64,000 nt of DNA, from the NCBI GenBank assembly GCA_016176335.1, contig JACOXI010000005.1:63391-127390 (forward strand), in the 5' to 3' direction. The stretch is from Candidatus Daviesbacteria bacterium (lineage in GTDB: Bacteria > Patescibacteriota > Microgenomatia > Daviesbacterales > UBA10151). Every line of letters begins with the position of its first letter. The stretch's first letter is position 1. Below are positions 56,202 to 64,000 of this stretch, piece after piece. A program made the translations under genes and the position numbers. The notes under the pieces were generated by a model. It searched no databases. It had not been told where the DNA came from and saw only the letters and a list, made by a program, of their open reading frames with translations.

Positions 56202-56340
56202 AAGTTAATAATAGCATATCTCAAATGTCAAAACTCAAATGTCAAATCTGAATCTTAAAACTTAAAACTAGACTAAAACAGTTTTGAGATTTAAGTTTTA
56301 GTTTTGAGTTTTGCGATTTGCGTTTTGAGTTAACATTAGC
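56202..56340. repeat. palindromic composite intergenic element built from degenerate heptamer repeats (tcaaatg arm / cattttga arm)
   Basis: Left arm tctcaaatgtcaaaactcaaatgtcaaatctgaatcttaaaacttaaaac, centre tagactaaaacag, right arm ttttgagatttaagttttagttttgagttttgcgatttgcgttttgag. The arms are reverse complements of each other. Confidence 0.8.
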
Positions 56341-57296
56341 AATACTCCACCCAATACCATATAATACCCCACCCAAACTACCCAAATTTGTTCCCCCACA
56401 TATTCCCAGGCAAAGGGCATGGAGGCAATGAATTGAACAATGTAAACAAAATAAGTTAATAAAATATTTAAGATCAGGGCCACAACTGTTCCTAAAATCT
56501 GCGAGATTGAACCTAAAATTAGCATAACTGCCCCCCCGATCATAATAAAAGGCACTGTCCAACCTACCAGTAAATTTGTTATAACCGCAACCAATGACAG
56601 CTGGTGAAAGTGTTGGATGATAATTGGCATAACCGCAATCTGTGCACCCATTGTAATTGCCAGATCCTGGCCGATCAGCGGCAAATATTTAAAATATTTA
56701 AGCAAGATCGGGGCTATTATAATAAGTCCCATGGTTGCCATAAATGAGAGTTGAAATGACAAATCAAAAAGCCATTGGGGATTTAGAAGCAACATAAAAG
56801 CTCCTGTTACAACCAAAGTCCAAAAACCACTGTTTTGTCTGCCAAAGATTTGAGCCAAAAAGGAAAGAGAAACCATAATAGTTGCACGGAGTACAGGCAC
56901 TTGGGCTCCGGTGAGTAGTGTATAAAAAATAATTGCCCCAAAAGCTAAAATAATGGCTGCTTTTCTTTTGATAAGGCCGGCAAGTGCCAGAAAAAACCCG
57001 GCCACCATGCTTAAATTTTGGCCGGACACAACAACAATATGTAATGTTGAGGTATCTCTTAAAGCAAGTTGGAATTTTGGCGGCAAACTCTTTTTCTCAC
57101 CTAAGACAATACCTGATAAAAGTTGAGCTTGGGGCGAGGGTAAAAATTTGGTTATAGTCTCATCTAGAGCTTGACGCTGATTTTGAAAGAGATCTGTCTT
57201 TATCTCCCAACCTCCCTGTAAAAATCTTAACCAAAATAGCAATAAATATAAAATAACAGATAAAATTAAAGGGAGATTTCTATTTAAAAAATACAT
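56298..57296 (-). CDS. comEC: ComEC/Rec2 competence-domain membrane protein (no beta-lactamase domain)
   Basis: 332 aa polytopic protein. Competence-domain core (LRDTSTLHIVVVSGQNLSMVAGFFLAL). Confidence 0.65.
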   Translation of the reverse strand: MYFLNRNLPLILSVILYLLLFWLRFLQGGWEIKTDLFQNQRQALDETITKFLPSPQAQLLSGIVLGEKKSLPPKFQLALRDTSTLHIVVVSGQNLSMVAGFFLALAGLIKRKAAIILAFGAIIFYTLLTGAQVPVLRATIMVSLSFLAQIFGRQNSGFWTLVVTGAFMLLLNPQWLFDLSFQLSFMATMGLIIIAPILLKYFKYLPLIGQDLAITMGAQIAVMPIIIQHFHQLSLVAVITNLLVGWTVPFIMIGGAVMLILGSISQILGTVVALILNILLTYFVYIVQFIASMPFAWEYVGEQIWVVWVGYYMVLGGVLLMLTQNANRKTQN

Positions 57297-57314
57297 TTGT
57301 TACACGATAAGTGG

Positions 57315-57899
57315 CTAGTAGATTGTTATAGAATCCTTAATTTGTTCAAATACAGACTTGCCGACTATTTTTTTATCTAGCAGGTCCTCTATTTTTTGAT
57401 ATGGCCTGTCCGAAATAATTTTTGATGCCCTACCAGAACCTATTCCCGAAAGAGATTCAAGTTCTGACTGGGAAGCAGTATTAATGTTTATTTTGGATTG
57501 AACTCCTGCTACTGCTTGGCTACTTTGAGACCCTGTTGTTTCCCCTTCAAATGGGACATAAACTTTACTTCCATCTGACAGTTTTTGTGCCATATTTAAA
57601 TACTTTGATATATATTCTCCGTTAGCTGTTTGGGCAAATCCTCCAGCTACTGCAATAGCCTCCTCTATTCTAGAACCTGTCATTAACTGGTACACGCCTG
57701 GTTTATTAACTGCCCCGGATACATCCACAGAAATCATTTTTTGGCTTTCTTCGACTAAACTTTCTTTTGGAAACTGGACCTGACGCGTCTGATTTAAACC
57801 GGAGGCAAATATTCCTCCCACAATCAACACCATACCTAAAATACTTAAGGCTATTGGCAGTTTGAATTTTTCAAGTTTTTCAAAAGAATTACCATCCAT
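57315..57899 (-). CDS. comEA: ComEA (SLBB plus tandem helix-hairpin-helix DNA-binding domain)
   Basis: 194 aa. N-terminal TM. C-terminal ININTASQSELESLSGIGSGRASKII. Confidence 0.75.
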   Translation of the reverse strand: MDGNSFEKLEKFKLPIALSILGMVLIVGGIFASGLNQTRQVQFPKESLVEESQKMISVDVSGAVNKPGVYQLMTGSRIEEAIAVAGGFAQTANGEYISKYLNMAQKLSDGSKVYVPFEGETTGSQSSQAVAGVQSKININTASQSELESLSGIGSGRASKIISDRPYQKIEDLLDKKIVGKSVFEQIKDSITIY

Positions 57900-58323
57900 G
57901 AGTAATCCTTACAGTTTGCCGATAACTTTTAATCCATTTTTTATAAGACTCATACAAATATCCCATTCCCCGCTCTGCCATCTCTTTTTTTACCACCCCT
58001 CCGGCATGAGGGTATTTGTGTAATCTTGGGTGTACTGATGAAAAACCATGGGCATAATGGACTAATTCATGACCAATGGTATGATCCACAACTTCCGGCG
58101 GAATGTTTGGATCTTTAAACATTGAAGTAATGGTAATGAAACTGATCTTTGTTTTTTTATCCAACCTGATAGATCCCAATCTATATTTGGCAAACCTGCC
58201 AAATTTTATAAAGACCTTGTTAGTCTGTAGGATATTGGGAAAGTATTGATCCCATATATGATCCAGCCTTGATAGTAACCATCTGTCATCCCTATTTATG
58301 GCAGTTTTTGATTTGCTTGTCAT
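57889..58323 (-). CDS. HExxH zinc metalloprotease (SprT/YgjP-like)
   Basis: 144 aa. TIGHELVHYAH motif. Confidence 0.5.
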   Translation of the reverse strand: MTSKSKTAINRDDRWLLSRLDHIWDQYFPNILQTNKVFIKFGRFAKYRLGSIRLDKKTKISFITITSMFKDPNIPPEVVDHTIGHELVHYAHGFSSVHPRLHKYPHAGGVVKKEMAERGMGYLYESYKKWIKSYRQTVRITHGW

Positions 58324-58367
58324 AACAATCCAAATTACTAACGAGTTTCTATTAGCAATATTAATTA

Positions 58368-60791
58368 TTAACTGCTAGTAACAAAGCTGATAATTTTTCC
58401 TGGAACGTATATGGTTTTTTTCACGGACTTTTCAGCCAAAAATTTCTGGGCTTTTTTACTGGCAATGGCCAAATTTTGCACTATCTCTTTATTATTTATT
58501 ATATCCTTTTGTATCAAGATTGTATCCCGAACTTTACCATTAACTTGTACTACCACCAAAGTTTCTTCCTCCTCCAAATATTTATTATCAAACTTGGGCC
58601 AAGACTGCTGATGGATTGAATATTTCCCTCGCAGCATCTCCCATAATTCTTCCGTAATATGCGGTGCAAAAGGTGCTAAGACTATTAAGAGTCTTCTCTT
58701 TTGATCGTTTGTTAATTTTGAATGAAACACTAAATTGATAAACTCCATCATGGAGGCCACAGCTGTATTGAATTTCATAACCTCAATGTCTTTTGCAACT
58801 TTAACAATAAGTTTGTTCAAAGCTGTTTCAACTTTTATCTCGGTTTCATTGCTCTCTTCTTTATTTATCACTTCCCACACTCTATTTAGGAATTTATAGA
58901 CTCCATTAATACTTGTTGGATCCCAAGAAATGGTATTTTCAAAAGGGCCCATGAATGCCTCGTACAGCCTTAAGGTATCTGCGCCATATTCTTTGACAAT
59001 CTCATTGGGAGTAATCACATTGTCCAGACTTTTGCTCATCTTCCTTCCATCGGCTGCCAAAACCAGACCCACGCTGGATAACTTTTGAAACGGCTCTTTG
59101 GTTGAAATAACGCCGATATCAAATAAGACTTTATGCCAAAAACGAGCGTAAAGTAGATGCAAAACAGCATGCTCTGCTCCGCCGATATACCAATCAACTG
59201 GCATCCAATACTTTTCTTTGTCTTTATCAACCAATACCTTGTCGTTTTTAGGATCAATAAAGCGCAGGTAATACCAACAAGAACCTGCCCATTGAGGCAT
59301 GGTATTACTTTCTCTTCTGGCCGGGCCGTCGCATTTTGGACAAGTTGTGTTAACCCACTCCGGAATTGCAGCCAAAGGTGATTCTCCGGTCCCGGTAGGC
59401 TCATATTTTTCAACGTCCGGCAATTTTAAAGGTAATTGATCTTCTGGTATAGCAACTACACCACACTTCTCACAATGCACCAGCGGAATAGGCTCTCCCC
59501 AATACCTTTGCCTGGAAAAAATCCAATCACGAAGATGATATGTAGTAACTCTTTCTCCCCATCCCTTTTCTTCTAAATAATTCATTATTTTGATGGTTGC
59601 TTCGTGAATATCCATCCCGTCTAGAAACTCAGAGTTAACCATTGTTCCTTCTTTTTCTTGCACTTGTTCAGCTCGAGTGATAGCAGATGTATCACCATCT
59701 TTGCCAACTACAACTCTGACGATTGACAGTTTAAATTCCCTAGCAAATTCAAAATCACGGATATCATGACCTGGTACCCCTACCACTGCTCCGGTCCCTA
59801 CATTACCCAATACAAAATCACTGACCCAGATTGGTAATTTTTTACCATTGAGATTATTAATGGCGTAGGAACCAATAAACTCACCTGTTTTCTTCCTGCC
59901 TTCCGCTATCCGGTCTAATTCAGACTTTTTCGTGGCTTGTTCAATATATCTGTTAACCCTGGATAAATGTTCCTTTTTTGTAATCTTCTTTATTAAAGGG
60001 TGTTCTGGGCCTAAAACAATAAAAGTAGCCCCAAAGTTAGTATCAGGTCTTGTAGTAAAACAAACAATTTTCTCTTTACTACCTTCTACTTCATAACTGA
60101 TATTGATACCTTCTTTTTTACCAATCCAGTTAACCTGCATCTCTTTAATAAACGGCGGCCAGTCTAAACTTTCTAAATCCTCCAACAGTTTTTCTGCGTA
60201 TTTAGTAATTTTTAAAATCCATTGCCTGATCTTTTTTTGTTCTACTTTTGTACCACAGCGTACACATTTACCATCTAGCACTTCTTCATTAGCCAAACCT
60301 GTTTTATCTTTGGGACACCAGTTGATAGGAGCATCATCTTCATATGCCAACCCTTCTTCAAATAATTTAATAAAAATCCATTGAGTCCATTTATAATAAT
60401 TTAGATCAGTAGTATTGATTTCTCTATTCCAGTCATAAGAAAGACTAACCATCTGCATCTGATTTTTGATATTGGCTATATTTTTAGCAGTGGTAATACT
60501 TGGGTGAATACCCATCTTGATGGCATAATTTTCTGCCGGCAGACCAAAAGCATCCCATCCCATGGGATGAAGTACATTATAGCCTTTAAACCTAAAGTAC
60601 CTGGAAATCACATCTGAGGCTACATAGCCTTTAAAATGACCAACATGCAACCCATCTCCCGAAGGGTATGGAAACATATCTAAAACATATTTCTTAGGCT
60701 TATCAGAGATATCAGGAGTCTCATGAATTCCACCTTTTTCCCACTTTTTTTGCCACTTGGGCTCAATTTGAGAAGGAATATATTTGTGCAT
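58368..60791 (-). CDS. leuS: leucyl-tRNA synthetase
   Basis: 807 aa. HIGH-type (HVGHFKGY) and KMSKS motifs. Confidence 0.9.
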   Translation of the reverse strand: MHKYIPSQIEPKWQKKWEKGGIHETPDISDKPKKYVLDMFPYPSGDGLHVGHFKGYVASDVISRYFRFKGYNVLHPMGWDAFGLPAENYAIKMGIHPSITTAKNIANIKNQMQMVSLSYDWNREINTTDLNYYKWTQWIFIKLFEEGLAYEDDAPINWCPKDKTGLANEEVLDGKCVRCGTKVEQKKIRQWILKITKYAEKLLEDLESLDWPPFIKEMQVNWIGKKEGINISYEVEGSKEKIVCFTTRPDTNFGATFIVLGPEHPLIKKITKKEHLSRVNRYIEQATKKSELDRIAEGRKKTGEFIGSYAINNLNGKKLPIWVSDFVLGNVGTGAVVGVPGHDIRDFEFAREFKLSIVRVVVGKDGDTSAITRAEQVQEKEGTMVNSEFLDGMDIHEATIKIMNYLEEKGWGERVTTYHLRDWIFSRQRYWGEPIPLVHCEKCGVVAIPEDQLPLKLPDVEKYEPTGTGESPLAAIPEWVNTTCPKCDGPARRESNTMPQWAGSCWYYLRFIDPKNDKVLVDKDKEKYWMPVDWYIGGAEHAVLHLLYARFWHKVLFDIGVISTKEPFQKLSSVGLVLAADGRKMSKSLDNVITPNEIVKEYGADTLRLYEAFMGPFENTISWDPTSINGVYKFLNRVWEVINKEESNETEIKVETALNKLIVKVAKDIEVMKFNTAVASMMEFINLVFHSKLTNDQKRRLLIVLAPFAPHITEELWEMLRGKYSIHQQSWPKFDNKYLEEEETLVVVQVNGKVRDTILIQKDIINNKEIVQNLAIASKKAQKFLAEKSVKKTIYVPGKIISFVTSS

Positions 60792-62084
<1,293 letters not shown>

Positions 62085-62138
62085 ATATAATCTTGTTTGC
62101 CTTTTGACCTTTGACTTTTAACTTGATATGATCGACTC

Positions 62139-62792
62139 ATGCCCATTCTGCCTGCAAATTTTGTTATTTTCATAATCGGTGCTATAGCAGTAATTACTAT
62201 TTTGCTTTATCTGCGAGAGTATTTTTTAAGAAAAAAAATCTTGCATGAACAACAAATAATCTCCCAACAAACCAGACAAAAAAGCGTGCAGCTTTTGGGA
62301 GCGGCAGAGCAGGCTGAAACTCAATTACTTTCCAGTAATATTTATTTTGCCCAAAAATTGGAATCTGAATTTAGAGCAAAGCTTGATAAGATGCTCCAAA
62401 ATTCCCAGGCAACAATTGATACCCAAACAAACGCATTAACAAAGTTTTTATCCAATTTACAAACAAAGAGTGTCGAATCGGAAGAGATGCAAAGGAAAAC
62501 CATTGAACAAACAATCAATCAGATGTTTGCCAACCTTGAGCAAAGGCTGTCCGATTTCCTTACCTCAACAGAACAAAAAACTACCCAATCTATTGAACTT
62601 GAATTAAAGGGGGCGAGGAATCTGATTGAATCCTACAAGGCACAACAATTAAAGCTTATTGACGAAAATATCATTGCCATGATGGAACAAACCTTAAACA
62701 TAGTTTTAGCAAAAAAACTGACCTTAAAAGACCAACTGGAACTTGTTTATGAAGCTTTGGAAAAAGCCAAAGTGGATAAATTCGTTGTATAA
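62139..62792 (+). CDS. atpF: ATP synthase F0 subunit b-like (N-terminal TM plus long coiled coil)
   Basis: 217 aa. Single N-terminal TM then Gln/Glu/Lys-rich helix. Position before delta and alpha. Confidence 0.5.
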   Translation: MPILPANFVIFIIGAIAVITILLYLREYFLRKKILHEQQIISQQTRQKSVQLLGAAEQAETQLLSSNIYFAQKLESEFRAKLDKMLQNSQATIDTQTNALTKFLSNLQTKSVESEEMQRKTIEQTINQMFANLEQRLSDFLTSTEQKTTQSIELELKGARNLIESYKAQQLKLIDENIIAMMEQTLNIVLAKKLTLKDQLELVYEALEKAKVDKFVV

Positions 62793-62802
62793 ATTAAAAA
62801 TT

Positions 62803-63276
62803 ATGGATGACCTATTAAACATTTTACTAAAAGATATTTATACTCTTTCCTTACTTAAACATCGGATTAGGGTGTTAAGGAGCTATTTTTCCAAGATTTT
62901 TTATGGCACGGCAGATCTAATCTTAAAAGAGAACGATATAGCTTGGATAAATGCCCTGCCAAAAGATTTTTTGGAAAAATTTGACAAAAACAATATCACC
63001 CAAAAAATCGCCGAACTGGAACAAACAATAAGTCAATTGCAACCTCTGACTGTCTACTTACCTTTCGAGGCCAATGATGAAGCTGTCAAGTCAATTGGAG
63101 GAATGGCCAGAAAACTATTTAATCCCAAACTATTTTTGGATATAAAATATGATCCCAAGCTTTTGGCAGGCTGCGCTCTGTCTTGGAAAGGAATATATAA
63201 AGATTATTCCCTACACGAAAAGATTACGGAAAAAAAACTGGCAATTTCACTGTCGTTTAATAAATTCTTAAGATGA
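62803..63276 (+). CDS. atpH: ATP synthase subunit delta (OSCP)-like
   Basis: Helical N-domain. C-terminal DPKLLAGCALSWKGIYKDYSL resembles the delta C-terminus. Stop overlaps the atpA ATG (ATGA). Confidence 0.45.
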   Translation: MDDLLNILLKDIYTLSLLKHRIRVLRSYFSKIFYGTADLILKENDIAWINALPKDFLEKFDKNNITQKIAELEQTISQLQPLTVYLPFEANDEAVKSIGGMARKLFNPKLFLDIKYDPKLLAGCALSWKGIYKDYSLHEKITEKKLAISLSFNKFLR

Positions 63277-64000
63277 ATCCTAAACCTCAAAACGAACAAA
63301 AAGAAATCGGTTATGTCACGAAAGTACGGGATTTTTTGACACGCCTTGACGGACTTCCCACCGTGAGAATTAACGACATGGTGGAATCGGATACAGGGCT
63401 GCGGGGCTGGATCAGCACCTTGGGTTTGGATTTTGCTGACGTTTTGATGCTGGATGAGGGCCAAATTACGCCCAGGCAAATGTTTAAAAGGACAAATTCC
63501 CGCTTAGGTGTTGGGACCGGAGATTTTCTGCTGGGACGGGCCATAAACCCTTTGGGAATACCTATTGACGGCAAAGGCATGTTAACAAAAACATCTCGCG
63601 AGACAATTTTAGATTTGGAACAAGGGGCACCAGGTATCGAAAGCAGAGAATATATTACCCGACAATTCTTAACAGGTATCACATTAATTGATACCCTAAT
63701 TCCTCTAGGACAGGGGCAGCGGGAACTGGTGATGGGTGATGCCCACTCCGGCAAAACCCAATTTTTGGTTGATACAATCGTCAATCAAAAAGGCACTGGT
63801 GTTATTTGCATATACGCATCAATCGGCAAACCGGCCGTGTCTGTTAGGGGGTTGATTAATATCTTAAGAGCCAACAAAGCATTAGATTATACTGTTGTTA
63901 TCGCCACCTCCTCCTCCGAACCTGCTCCTCTTATTTTTTTAACTCCAAAAACAGCTGTAACTGTGGCGGAGTATTTTCAAAAGCAGGGACGCGATGTACT
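63273..64000 (+). CDS. atpA: ATP synthase subunit alpha, N-terminal part (runs off window end)
   Basis: Manual translation MNPKPQNEQKEIGYVTKV...GRAINPLGIPIDGKG...GQRELVMGDAHSGKTQ (P-loop)... Confidence 0.8.
   Translation, partial: MNPKPQNEQKEIGYVTKVRDFLTRLDGLPTVRINDMVESDTGLRGWISTLGLDFADVLMLDEGQITPRQMFKRTNSRLGVGTGDFLLGRAINPLGIPIDGKGMLTKTSRETILDLEQGAPGIESREYITRQFLTGITLIDTLIPLGQGQRELVMGDAHSGKTQFLVDTIVNQKGTGVICIYASIGKPAVSVRGLINILRANKALDYTVVIATSSSEPAPLIFLTPKTAVTVAEYFQKQGRDV

Overview
This 64 kb window is a low-GC (about 38 %) bacterial chromosome segment that uses the standard genetic code, since genes end at TGA, TAA and TAG. The gene content looks like a reduced-genome Patescibacteria/CPR-type organism. 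Evidence for that: ribosomal proteins L1, L7/L12 and NusG carry long N-terminal extensions; competence genes dprA, comEA and comEC are present; there is a sortase, a dockerin protein and a GT4/TagA wall-glycopolymer cluster; metabolism is sparse apart from a pyrF-pyrE-pyrC/pyrD cluster and a GH1 glycosidase.

Housekeeping genes found:
- Partial topA at the window start.
- Cell-shape genes: mreB and an mbl-like paralog, mreC, mreD, PBP2, and PBP1A.
- def-fmt, argS, leuS, ndk, and rpmB/rpmG.
- secE-nusG-rplK-rplA, then rplJ-rplL about 9 kb further on.
- tRNA-Thr x2, tRNA-Arg and tRNA-Pro.
- An atp-like operon at the window end, with atpA partial.

Toxin-antitoxin modules: Doc with an AbrB-type antitoxin, HigBA, and Phd-VapC. 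The last two sit in a small accessory segment next to the tRNA-Thr pair.

Three things stand out.
- Degenerate heptanucleotide (7-nt) tandem repeats are everywhere. Several sequence families (tcaaatg/gatttga, cgataaa, ctgatag, ttactac, ctatacc) build palindromic composite intergenic elements. They are also inserted in-frame into conserved genes (fmt, nusG, pyrD, tagA, the GT4 gene, an O-antigen-ligase-like gene), where they add heptad-like peptide segments.
- A second family of GC-rich, roughly 140 bp, hairpin-containing elements sits in-frame inside the N-terminal coding regions of PBP1A and NusG, in two different reading frames. Similar GC-rich stretches lie in the N-termini of rplA and rplL. 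This resembles RPE-like intragenic mobile elements.
- The conserved rplKA-rplJL operon is split by an inserted 9 kb block. The block encodes an LMW tyrosine phosphatase, a membrane protein, a dockerin protein, a lipoprotein with an in-frame stop, and a giant (about 1800 aa with a frameshift) cysteine-rich secreted modular protein.
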